64,000 nt of DNA from the human T2T-CHM13v2.0 reference genome, Homo sapiens. The stretch lies in assembly GCF_009914755.1 (NCBI RefSeq), contig NC_060927.1; one strand, 5' to 3'. Positions 44,601-64,000 of this stretch are shown here, piece after piece. Both the position numbers and the translations under genes were made by a program. The notes under the pieces were generated by a model. That model saw only the letters and a list, made by a program, of their open reading frames with translations, was not told where the DNA came from and did not search any database. Within the stretch, counting starts at the first letter, position 1; the number at the start of each line of letters is the position of its first letter.

Positions 44601-45769
44601 TCTAGCAGACCTGACCTCCGGGACCAAGCTTGGGCATCAGGAGACTGGAAACTATACGTGTATGGGAGCAGCTTCTTCAACCCCCAAGGAGAGAGAGAGG
44701 TGCAGGGTATGCAGTGATAACCCTGGACACTGTTGTTGAAGCCAGATCCTTGCCCCAGGCCACTTCAGCCCAGAAAGCTGAACTCATTGCTTTCATTCGT
44801 GCCTTAGAACTCAGTGAGGGTGAGACTGTCAACATTTACACTGATTCTTGGTATGTCTTTTCAACCCTTCAAGTGCATGGAGCATGATAGAAAGAAAAGG
44901 GCCTACTGAACTCTGGGGTAAAAGACAGAAAATATCAACAAGAAATCTTGCAATGATTAGAAGCAGTATGGAAACCCCACAAGGTGGCAGTTATGCATTG
45001 CAGAGGACACCAGCGAGCTTCCACCTTGCTGGGTTTGGGGAATTCCCGCGCTGACTCAGAGGCTCAAAAAGCAGCATCTGCCCCCTTCCGGACATCAGTG
45101 CTCCCTCAAGCACCTGATCTTGGACCTACTTCTTCTAAAGAAGAAAAGGACTTTCTCCAGGTAGAGGGAAGGACAAGTGATGGAGGAAGGATGGATTCGG
45201 TTACCAGATGGGAGACTAGCTGTGCCACAGCTGCTAGGAGCTGCAGTTGTACTGGCTGTGTAAGAAACCACCCATTGAGGTCAGGAGTCACTGGAAATTT
45301 GTTAGGCTGGTATTTCTACATCTCGCCTCTGTCAGCCCTTGCCATAACGGTGAGGCAGAGGTGTGTTACCTGCCGACAGGATGATGCGAGGCAAGGTCCA
45401 GCCGTTCCACCCGGCATACGAGCTTATGGAGCAGCCCCCTTTGAAGGTCTCCAGGTGGACTTCAGAGAGATGCCAAAGTGTGGAGGTAACAAGTATGTAC
45501 TAGTTCTTGGGCGTACCTACTCTGGGTGGGTGGAAGCCTATCCAACACGAACTGAGAAAGCTCGTGAAGTAACCCCTGTGCTTCTTCGGGATCTGATTCC
45601 TAGATTTCGACCGCCCTTATGGATCGGCTCAGACAACGGGCCTGCATTTTTGGCTGCCTTGGTACAGAAGACGGCAAAGGTATTGGGGATCACACGGAAA
45701 CTGCATGCCGCCTCCCGGCCTCAGAGTTCCGGAAAGGTGGAGTGGATGAATCGGACTATCAAAAATAGT
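41696..45769 (+). mobile_element. HERV-E internal region copy 2: no LTR, PBS or MA; truncated in integrase
   Basis: Open capsid frame 41684-42493, protease FLVDSGA 42789-43238, RT with YVDD 43255-43836, IN with D-D-E; same IN/SATR2 junction as copy 1. Confidence 0.92.
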
Positions 45770-47790
45770 ACTGTTGTCTTCCCCGCTGGATATTTAAAAC
45801 AACACCACAAGGGGCGTCAAACCACCTGCTAAATTTGAGGGAATGTTATCCTCTCCCCACCTCCCCCAGCCCCGGATATTAGAGACAATAACACAGGGGT
45901 GATGTACACCCACTGCTTTATTGGGAGTAATATCATCCTCTGCCTTCTTGGATATTAGGAACAATATCACACTGTACGTGTACGCCTGTCGCGAAATTCA
46001 ATGGAATGTCATCCTGCGCCTCCCTGGATATGACGAACAATATCACGGGGGATGTACAACTTCTGAGATATTGGGAGTGATATCATCCTCTCCCCTCTGA
46101 AAGTTAGGGACAATATCACAGGGGTCGTGTACACCCTCTGGGATGTTGGGACTAATATCATCCTCCCGCCCACTGGATATTAAAAACCATATCACAAGGG
46201 GCGTGTACACACACTTCGATATTGGTATGAATACCATCCTCTCCCTCTTTGGATATTCGGTGCCATATTTCTGGTGGGGTATACACCACCTGCAATATTG
46301 GAGGTAATATGATTTTCTCCCCCCCTGGATATCACAAACAATATCACAGGGGGTTGTGAACAACCCCTGCGATACTTGGAGCAATATCATCGTCTCCCCT
46401 CACAATTACTAAGAACAATATGGTAGGGATGGGGGATGCACACCCCTTTTCATATTTGATATCATCCTCTTCCCCCCTGGATATTAGGAGCAATATCAGG
46501 AAGGAATGTACAGACCCTGCGACCTTTGCTGTCATATAATTGTCTCTTCCCTAGATATTAGGAAAAAATGTCACTGGGGATGTGAACAGCCCTGCGATAT
46601 TGAGAGTAGTATCATCCTCTCCCCCCTTGTATATTGGGAACAACATCACAGGTAGGGTGTACTGCCTCTGTGATATTGGGAGTGAAATTTTCCTCTCTTC
46701 CCCTGGACATTAGGAAGGGTATCAGAGGGGGAGGGTGTACATTCCCTGCGATATTCAACGTAACCTTATCCTCTGCCTCCCAGGGTATTCAGAACAATAT
46801 TACAGGAGGGGTGTACACCCTCTGCGATATTGAGAGTCATGTCATCCTCTTTCGCTCTGGATATTAGGAACAATATCACAGGGTTGTGTACACTCCCTGC
46901 GATATTGGGAGTCGTATCATGCTCTCTCCCTGTGGATATTAGGAAGAGTATCACAGGGCTGTGTAAACCCCTTGCGGTACTGGGAGTAATACCATCCTCT
47001 CTCCCTCTGGAAATAGGAAGATTTTCACAGGGGCGTGTACACCCCCTGCAATATTGGGAGTGAGATCATCCTGTCCACCCAGGAAATGACTAACATGGTC
47101 ACGGGGAAGTGTACTCCCCCTGCGATATTGGGAGTAATGTCGTCCTCCCCAAACCTGGATGTTAGCAACGAGATCACAGAGGGGGTGTACACACCCTGCG
47201 ACATTGGAAGTAATATGATCCTCTCCCCACCTGGATACTGGGAAAGATACCACAGCGCGGGCAAACCTTTCCTACGCTGTTGGGAGTAATATCATTCTTT
47301 TCCTTTCTGGATATTAGGAAGAATATCACGGGGTGCTGTACAATTACTTTGATATTGGCAGTAATATCATGCTCTATTTTCCTGGATATTGCGCACAAAA
47401 ACACAAAAGGGTGTACAACCCGAGCGATATTGGGAGTAGTAGCATACTCTCCTTCCCTGGATGTCAGAAAACAATATCATCAGGGCTGAACACCCCCCAC
47501 GATAATGGGAGTCATGTTTACTCTTTCACAGGCCATTTGGATTAATATCACAGGGGGTGTTTACAAACAGGGGTGGTGTACACCCCCTGTGATATTGGGA
47601 GTAACATCATTCTCTCCACCTCCGGATATTAAGAACAATATCCCGGCGGGAGGTGGTACACCCCCAGTGATATTGCGAATAATGTCATCCTCTCCTTCCC
47701 TGGATATTAGGAACAATATCACAGGGGGGTGTACACCTTCTGTGATATTGGAAGCAATATCATCCTCTCCCCCGCTGGATATTAGAAAAA
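45770..47790 (+). repeat. SATR2-type satellite
   Basis: Colinear paralog of 23525-25545. Confidence 0.88.
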
Positions 47791-48273
47791 AATATCACTC
47801 ACGCTGTACACCCACTGTAATATGAGGAGTAATATCTTCCTAGGGTACTACGAATAATTTCACAGTCTGTACACACATGGTGTACACTCACTGTGATATT
47901 AGGAGTAATATCTACCTAGTAGATAACAAATAACCTCGCAGGGTGTACACCCACTTTGACATTAGCTGTAATATTTTTCTAAGTTGTTACAAATAAGATC
48001 ACAGGGTGTACAAACATGGTTTACATTCACTGTGATATCAGGAGTCGTATCTCTGTAATATATTATGAATAATATCACAGGGTGTACACCCACTGTATTA
48101 TTAGAAGTAATATCTCTGTAGGATATTACAATTAAGATCACAGGGTGTAGAGCCACGGTGATATTAGGAGCAATATTTTTCTAGGATATTACAAATAATA
48201 TCACAGAGTGTATGCCCACTCTGCTGTCAGGAGGAATATCTCCCTAGGATATCAAAAATCCTATCACAGGGTG
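47791..48273 (+). repeat. SATR1-type satellite (shortened)
   Basis: Paralog of 25546-27095 lacking about 1.07 kb. Confidence 0.85.
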
Positions 48274-48498
48274 TGCAATCTCTGCCTTCCAGGTTCTAAG
48301 GGATTCTCCTGCTTCAGCCTCCCGAGTAGCTAGGGTTACCCGCCACTACGCCCGGCTGATTTTTTTTTTTTAATTTTCACTGGAAACGGGGTTTCACCAC
48401 GTTGGCCAGGCTGGTCTGGAACTCCTGACCTCAGGTGATCCATCAGCCTCGGCCACCCAAAGTGCTGGGATTACAGGTGTGAGCCATGGTGCTTGGCC
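48274..48498 (-). mobile_element. Alu truncated by fusion to SATR1, copy 2
   Basis: Same junction as at 27096. Confidence 0.85.
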
Positions 48499-49132
48499 AA
48501 GAGTTCTATATTCAATTCATTTGGAAACACAGCTCCCATCTTTGAGTGTGCATGTACTTTTATGAAGAAATGATGTCAGAAAACCGAAGGATGATAACAA
48601 ATATGAAAAGTAACAGGCATGTGAAAAGTTCTTCCGATTGAGAACTATAAGGTTCGATGTCGTTTTCAGATAATGGGGTCCTAGCTCTTGTGTCGTCCTT
48701 TTACATATTCTACACCCATGGAAATTGTGGCACGGTGTCAGAATAAAGTAGAGTGTATTTCACGGCTTCTCAATTTCTTTCAATTAGACTGAGATCTTTT
48801 TCTTAAAGAGAGAAGGACATTGTCATTGCATTGTATTTTTTCTGAAAAGAGTAGGCCGTATTTTACTGAGATCACGGATTTGTTATATATGACGTTTTGG
48901 TCTTCTAACATTTTTCAGTGGATTTTCTCTAAAGTAGTATGTACAGAAAGCCTTGTACAGCAAAAAAGTAAATCACGTAATAATTCTGAGATTTTTGGAA
49001 TTGTCACAGCTGAGAAACATTGCTGGCGGTGTATGGTCCGCAAGTGTCAAGATGTTCCTTGTGAATTGCTTGCATCCAGCATTAAGGGCTGGTTTTTATC
49101 TTTTATTTTTCCAATCCTCTTTCCTTCTCAAG

Positions 49133-50168
49133 GTGTCCAAGACACACAGAGCCACGGAATCTCACAGGTGTCTGAGAATTCCTCCTCCTGGGACTCTCAG
49201 AGGATCCAGAACTGCAGCCGGTCCTCGCTTTGCTGTCCCTGTCCCTGTCCATGTATCTGGTCACGGTGCTGAGGAACCTGCTGAGCATCCTGGCTGTCCG
49301 CTCTGAGTCCCCGCTCCACACAACCATGTACTTCTTCCTCTCCATCCTGTGCTGGGCTGACATCGGTTTCACCTCAGCCACAGTTCCCAAGATGATTGTG
49401 GACATGCAGTGGTATAGCAGAGTCATCTCTCATGCGGGCTGCCTGACACAGATGTCTTTCTTGGTCCTTTTTGCATGTATAGAAGGCATGCTCCTGACTG
49501 TGATGGCCTATGACTGCTTTGTAGGCATCTGTCGCCCTCTGCACTACCCAGTCATCGTGAATCCTCATCTCTGTGTCTTCTTTGTTTTGGTGTCCTTTTT
49601 CCTTAGCCTGTTGGATTCCCAGCTGCACAGTTGGATTGTGTTACAATTCACCATCATCAAGAATGTGGAAATCTCTAATTTTGTCTGTGACCCCTCTCAA
49701 CTTCTCAAACTTGCCTGTTCTGACAGCGTCATCAATAGCATCTTCATATATTTTGGTAGTACTATGTTTGGTTTTCTTCCCATTTCAGGGATCCTTTTGT
49801 CTTACTATAAAATCGTCCCCTCCATTCTAAGGATTTCATCGTCAGATGGGAAGTATAAAGCCTTCTCCACCTATGGCTCTCACCTAGCAGTTTTTTGCTG
49901 ATTTGATGGAACAGGCATTGGCGTGTACCTGACTTCAGCTGTGGCACCACCCCTCAGGAATGGTGTGGTGGTGTCAGTGATGTAAGCTGTGGTCACCCCC
50001 ATGCTGAACCTTTTCATCTACAGCCTGAGAAACAGGGACATACAAAGTGCCCTGCGGAGGCTGCGCAGCAGAACAGTCGAATCTCATGATCTGTTCCATC
50101 CTTTTTCTGGTGTGGGTGAGAAAGGGCAACCACATTCAATCCCTACATCTGCAAATCCTGCCCCTTAG
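49133..50168 (+). pseudogene. OR7E93P: OR7E pseudogene, type A copy 2
   Basis: Paralog of 27963-28992; N-terminal TGA, extra CTGTCC unit, TM6 stop TGA 49899-49901, TAA 49983-49985; symbol tentative. Confidence 0.9.
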
Positions 50169-50873
50169 TCACATTATTTTTGTGGCTTGATGGCTTTTAT
50201 TCCTTTCCGCATTTCCTTTGTGAATATTGCTTTCTTCGTTATGCCTTTAACTGGAATGGGTGAGGATTCTGGGATCCTTTGTTTAGCAGAAACCTCATGA
50301 CAGAATCCTCTCTACCTAGGCGGCCTCTTTTAGTTTCTGAGCAATAACCCTGTCATCCAGGTGGAATCACTACCATCTTTTTATATACACGAAGTCCTCA
50401 CTTCGTTTTGGAATTCCCTGAAAACTGACTTTATGGAAACAATGTACAGGAGGTCCTCCAACACCGTTGGTTGTTCAAAGTTGTGTAGTTATACTGTTGA
50501 TGAAAAATAAGCGGTTTCACTATACATAATTTTGCTTCAAGTTGAAGTTTCCAAGAGACTTTCAAAGATGTTAAGTGAGGACATACTGTACATCAAATTC
50601 ATATCCTCTTCCAGAGTTCCTGTGGAATTTCTTTATAAACTGCTTCTAGAGAATCTATTTAGGCAGGGTGTGTGTAGAGATCCATGTCGCTGTTCCTCAA
50701 TCTTGTCTTTGAGTCAAATCACCTGGGGAGCTTACACATGATGAGGCCTGGGTCTCAATACCCTAGATTCTGATTTCCTTGCACCTGTGTGAGTATGTGG
50801 ATTTTTTTTTTTCTTTTAAAGCCCCAGAGGTGGTTCCAACCACGAAGTTTTTAGAGGCATGAAGCTCCAATGA

Positions 50874-58199
<7,326 letters not shown>

Positions 58200-58879
58200 A
58201 AACGTTCTGATGAAACCTAAGTCCACCTAAGCCAAGGACAGGAGTCAGAGCTTCCATGAATTTTAAAACAAGACCCACCGATTTGAGTAAGCAATTACTC
58301 TCTTGAAGGAGAAAAGTCCGAAAACAGAATGATGAAATCACTAGGACCTAACTGGCATGTGGAACTATTTTCTGCTTATGAACTATCAACTTTCATTTCA
58401 TTTCCAGATGGCATGGTCTCAGCTGTTATACAGTGTTTACGAATGTTCTAAATCAAGGGAATTTGTATCAATCTAGTAGAATAAATAAAATATTTGAGTT
58501 CTTAATTTCCTTTAATTAGGATAACCTTTTTCTTAAAGTGAAGACAATGGTTTTATTACATCTTTTTCTTCAGAAAAGATAGGCTGTATTTTCTAGCAAT
58601 TACGAATGTGCTATATATGATGATCTGGCTCTTGGAACGTTCTTGAAGCTAATGTCTCTAAGGCAGGTGTGTACAGCAAGAAGTGAATAACACAGCAATG
58701 GATGTTGAAAGCATTATAAGGCAATTGACCTTGTCAGAACTACAAAATATTATGGAGTGTGGATTGCTCGGAAATCTGAAAACATGACTTGTGTATTGCT
58801 TATATCCAAAATGCAGACACAATGCTGAGTATTGGTTTACTTGTTTCCGATTTTGCAACCATCTTTTCCAGGCAAAAGA

Positions 58880-59903
58880 GGGTTGTATCCAAACGATACA
58901 GACCCACAGAGTCTAACAGATGTCTCTATATTCCTCCTCCTCGAACTCTCAGAGGATCCAGAACTGCAACCGGTCGTCGCTGGGCTGTTCCTGTCCATGT
59001 GCCTCGTCATGGTGCTGGGGAACCTGCTCATCATCCTGGACGTCAGCCCTGACTCCCACCTCCCCACCCCCATGTACTTCTTCCTCTCCAACCTGTCCTT
59101 GCCTGACATCGGTTTCACCTCCACCACGGTCCCCAAGATGATTGTGGACATCCAGTCTCACAGCAGAGTCATCTATGCAGGCTGCCTGACTGTGATGTCT
59201 CTCTTTGCCATTTTTGGAGGCATGGAAGAGAGACATGCTCCTGAGTGTGATGGCCTATGACCGGTTTGTAGCCATCTGTCACCCTCTATATCGCTCAGCC
59301 ATCTTGAACCCGTGTTTCTGTGGCTTCCTAGATTTGTTGTCTTTTTTTTTTTTCCCTCAGTCTTTTAGACTCCCAGCTGCACAACTTGATTGCCTTACAA
59401 ATGACCTGCTTCAAGGATGTGGAAATTCCTAATTTCTTCTGGGAACCTTCTCAACTCCCCCATCTTGCATGTTGTGACACCTTCACCAGGAACATCAGCA
59501 TGTATTTCCCTGCTGCCGTATTTGGTTTTCTTTCCATCTCGGGGACCCTTTTCTCTTACTGTAAAATGGTTTCCTCCATTCTGAGGGTTTCATCATCAGG
59601 TGGGAAGTATAAACCTTCTCCACCTGAGGGTCCCACCTGTCAGTTGTTTGCTGATTTTATGGAACAGGCGTTGGAGAGTACCTCGGTTCAGATGTGTCAT
59701 CTTCCCCGAGAAAGGGTGCAGTGGCCTCAGTGATGTACACGGTGGTCACCCCCATGCTGAACCCCTTCATCTACAGCCTGAGAAACGGGGATATTAAAAG
59801 TGTCCTGCGGCGGCCGCAAGGCAGCACAGTCTCATCTCAATACCTTCTTATCTGTTCCATTCCTTTTGTAGGGTGGGTTAACAAAGACAGCAAGGTCAAA
59901 TAA
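58880..59903 (+). pseudogene. OR7E53P: OR7E pseudogene, type B copy 2 (multiple frameshifts)
   Basis: [35 protein letters not shown] and [12 protein letters not shown] in different frames; TGA 59652-59654; symbol tentative. Confidence 0.9.
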
Positions 59904-59904
59904 G

Positions 59905-62900
59905 AATGATATCACAGGGTGAACACCCCACTGTGACATTAAGAGTAATACCTCCCTAGGATATAAAAAATACTGTCACAGAGTACACACACATGGGGTA
60001 CACCCACGGTGATATTAGAAGCACTATCTCCCTTAAATATTATGAAAAATATCACAGGGTGTGCACACTGTGTGATATGAGGAGTCATATTTACCCTGGA
60101 TATCACGACTCGTATCAAGGGTGTACACACACCGGGTACACGCACTGTGATATCAGGAGTTGCATCTCCCTAGGATATTACGAATAATATCACAGGGTAT
60201 ACACTATGTGTGAACATCCACTGTGACATTTGAACTCAGATCTCTCTATGAGATTACAAATAATATCAAAGTATGTACACCCTTGTGACATATTAGGAGT
60301 AACATCCTTCTAGGGTATTGCAGATAACATCACAAGGTGTACACCTTCTGTGACCTTTTGCGCACACTTTGTGCCATTCAAGGAAACATCCCCCTAGGGT
60401 ATTACGAATAATGACACAGGCGGTTGACACACATGGTGTACATCTCCTGTGCCATCAGCAGTAATATTCCTCTAGGATATTACGAATAATACCACAGCAG
60501 GTGTACACATACGGTGTTCACCCCATGTGACATTAGGAGGCACATGCCCCTAGGATATTAGGAAAAGTATCACAGGCGTTGAATATGCATGATATACACC
60601 CCCGGCAACATTGAAAGTAACATCCCCCTAGGATATTACGAATAATGTCACAGGGAGTACACCCCATGTGACATTAGGAGTAACATCCCCCGAGGATATA
60701 ACGAATAATATCAGGGGGCGTACATACATTGTGACCTTAGTGGTAACATCTCTTTAGGATATTACCAATAATATCACAGGGTGTACACTGACCGTGATAT
60801 TAGGAGTCCCATTTTCCTAGGATATTATGGATAATATCACAGGAGGTGTTCACACACAATGTGTACCCCATGTGTGTACACCCAAAGTGATATTTGAAGT
60901 CATCTGTCCCTAGGATCTTACGAATATTATCAAAGGGTGTACACCCCATGTGACATTAAAAGTAACATCCCTTTTGGATATTCCGAATGCTATCACAGGG
61001 TGTGATATTAGGAGTAACCTCTTCCTAGGATAACCCATGTGATATTAGGAGTAACCCCTTCCTAGGGTATTACGAATAACATCACAGAGTGTACACTCCT
61101 GTGACTTTAAAAGTAACAACCCCCCTAGAATATTACAACAATATAACAGGGTGTACAACTCCTGTGACATTACGAGTAACATCTCCCTAGGATATTTCGA
61201 ATGATGCCACTGGGGGCACACCCTCTGTGATATTAACAGCAACGTCTTTCTAGGAGATTACAAATGATATCACAGGGTGCACACTCACTGTGATATTAGA
61301 AGGAATATCTCCCTAGGATATAAGCTATCACATCACAGAGTGTACACACATGGTGTACACCCACTGTGTTATTAGAAGCAATATCTCCCTATGATTTTAT
61401 GAAAAATATCACAGGGTGTACCCTCTGTGGGATACTAGAAGTAGTGTTTACCATGGATATTACAAATAATATCACAGGATGTACACACATGGGGTACACC
61501 CACTGTGATATTAGGAGTTATATCTCCCTCAGATATTACAAATAATATCCCAGTGGGTGTAGCCCATGTGTGTACACCCACTGTGATCATGAAAGTAATA
61601 TCTCTCTATAAGATTACAAATAATATCGAAGGCTGTACACCCCCTGTAACGTTAGGGGTAACATCCCCCCAGAATATTACTAATAATATCACAAGGTGTA
61701 CACGCATTGTGACATTAGTAGTAGTATCCAGCTAGCATATTTTCAATAATATCACAGAAGTAACACACCTGTGACATTAAGAGTGACATCCCCCTAGAAT
61801 AGTAAGAATACTATCACAGGGTGTACTCCCCCTGTGATATTAGGAGAATCATCTCATCAGAATATTACGAATAATGTCATAGGGTGCTATCTTCTGTGAC
61901 ATTAGGAGTATAGACCCCTGGGAAATTATGAATACTATCACAGGGTGTACACCCCTGTGACGTTAGGAGTAACATCCTTCTAGAATATCATGAATAATAT
62001 CAGAATGTGTACACCCCCGTGTCATTAACAGTACAATTGCCCTAGGATATTATGAAATAGAACACAGGGAGTACACGCCGTGTGACATTAGAAGTCACAT
62101 CCCCCGAGGATATAACGAATAATATCAGAGAATGTACATGCACTGGGACATCAGGAGTCACATCTCTTTAGGATAATACGAACAATATCAAAGGGTGTAC
62201 ACGCATTGTGAAATTAGTAGTGAACTCCCGCTGGGATATTACGAATTTTTTGACAGGGTCTCCACGCCCTGACACATTAGTAGTCACGTTTTCCGAGAAT
62301 ATGACGAAGAATATTAAAGGGTGTACAGGACCTGTGATTTACGAGTAACATTTCTATAGAAGATTACACGTAATATCACTGTGTGTACACCCTGTGTGAC
62401 GTTAGGAGTCACATCCCAGAAAACTATAATGAAAAATTTCACAAGGTGAGCAACATCTGTGACATTAAAAGCAACATTTCCCTAGAATATGACGATAATA
62501 TCACAGAGTGTATACCCTCGGTGATATGAGGAGTGATATCTCACAAGGGTAATACGAGTAATTTGAAAAGGCATACAAACCCTGTGACATAAGGAGTGAC
62601 ATCCCTCCAGGATATTCCGAATCATACCACAGGGAAAATACTCCGTGTGACAAAAAAATCAACCCCCCCTTAGGAGATTAAGAATCATAGCACAAGCTGT
62701 ACACACACTGTGACATTATTATTAACGTCCCGCTAGGGTATTGCGAATAATATCAGAGTGTGTAGAGAATTGTGATATCAGGATTCACATTTCGCTACAA
62801 TAACATGAATAATATCACAGGGTGTATACCCCCTGGAACTTAAACAGTGACACCTTCCTAGAATATGGAAAATAATGTCCCAGGGTGTTAACCAAGTGTG

Positions 62901-62925
62901 GCAGTAGAGAAAACATACTAGGAGA
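59905..62925 (+). repeat. SATR1-type satellite array 3
   Basis: Same OR/satellite junction as at 37755. Confidence 0.9.
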
Positions 62926-63960
62926 AAGGGAGTAATATCACCCCCTCTCGCCACCTGGATATTACGAGCCACATCGCAGGGGGGAGAGAGCGCCCCCCGC
63001 GATGCGTGGAGTAATATCAACCGCCTCTCCCCCCCAGATATTACCATCCAAATCGCAGGGGGGCGAGGCGCCCCCCGCGATGCGGGGAGTAATATCACCT
63101 GCTTCTCCCCCGCGCCGGATATTACGATCCAAATCGCAGGGGGGCGAGGCTCCCCCCGCGAAGCTGGGAGTAAAAGCCAGCCCCTCTTGCCCGCCTGGCT
63201 CTTAGGACCCCCATCGCAGGGGGGCGAGGCGCCCCCCGCGATGCGGGGAGTAAGAGCCAGTCCCTCTTGCCCGCCTGGCTCTTAGGATCCGCGGTGGACT
63301 CACAGCCTGTTTATCATATTGTGAGTAATATCATCTCCCCCTCTGCAGATTATGAACTGTTTCACAGACCTGTGTACACCCTGGGTGTACAGAAGTTGTA
63401 CACCTGTCTGTATCGGGAGTCATATCATCCTCTTCCTGCCTGAATATTAGGAACAGTATCACTGGGGTGTTTCTACTCCCTGGGATATCGAGTGTCATGT
63501 CTTTCTCTCCCACGTTGCAATTGGAAACAATATCATTGGGGGCGAGTCCACCTTCTGTGATATTGAAAGTAATATTATCCTCTTCCTTCCAGGATCATGG
63601 GAAGGATATCCTTGGGGGTGTCCACTTTCCGCCATATATGTAGTCATATCACCCCCTCCGCCTTGGAATATTTTTAAGGACTATCTTACACGGGGGTGGA
63701 CACTTCCTGCGATGTTGGGAGTAATAGCATTCTCTTCTTCCGTGAATATTAGGAGCAAAATCACCGGGTGGTGGATGCACACCCAGTGCTATATTGGGAG
63801 TAACGTCATACTCCACCCCCTGGAGATTATATTCGGATCAATATCACCGGCTGTGTGTACACCTACTGCGATATTGAACTTAATATCATGCTCTCTCCCT
63901 CCCTGGACATTAGGAGCAATATCGCAGCTGGGTGTACACCCACTGAGGTATTACTGTGTA
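62926..63960 (+). repeat. SATR2-type satellite with CpG-rich variant monomers (62940-63300); the AT-rich spacer begins at the window end
   Basis: Paralog of 40296-41340. Confidence 0.85.
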
Positions 63961-64000
63961 ATATTTGTATGAATTATTCCTCATTTATTATTAACAGGAA

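Noticed and set aside
63212-63230. CTCF site in CGCAGGGGGGCG
   Set aside because: Six-G run breaks the CCASYAGRKGGC register; match too weak

Overview
Primate (very probably human) genomic DNA from an OR7E olfactory-receptor segmental duplication. Bases 1-11.2 kb hold Alu/MER2/L1/MIR/L2 repeats, an 18/19-bp minisatellite and one orphan MYLK Ig-domain exon with intact splice sites. From about 11.25 kb the window is a roughly 22-kb tandem module, present twice plus the start of a third copy: SATR1 - GC-rich SATR2 - SATR2 - AT-rich spacer - truncated HERV-E gag-pol - SATR2 - SATR1 - truncated Alu - OR7E type A - L1/Alu mosaic - OR7E type B. There are four OR7E pseudogenes, two truncated HERV-E copies and one HML-2 solo LTR5 found only in the second module. 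From memory the layout fits the human 3q21.2 OR7E cluster; this and the OR symbols are recalled, not looked up. No functional protein-coding gene is supported. Main observations: (1) a complete antisense copy of the primer tRNA-Glu(CTC), including CCA, occupies the HERV-E primer-binding site and is fused into gag; (2) satellite monomers keep a double-hairpin structure through compensatory AT-to-GC changes; (3) one OR7E lacks the TM6 stop shared by the other three; (4) a 145-bp orphan insert splits an Alu. Repeat boundaries are approximate unless a TSD or junction is cited.
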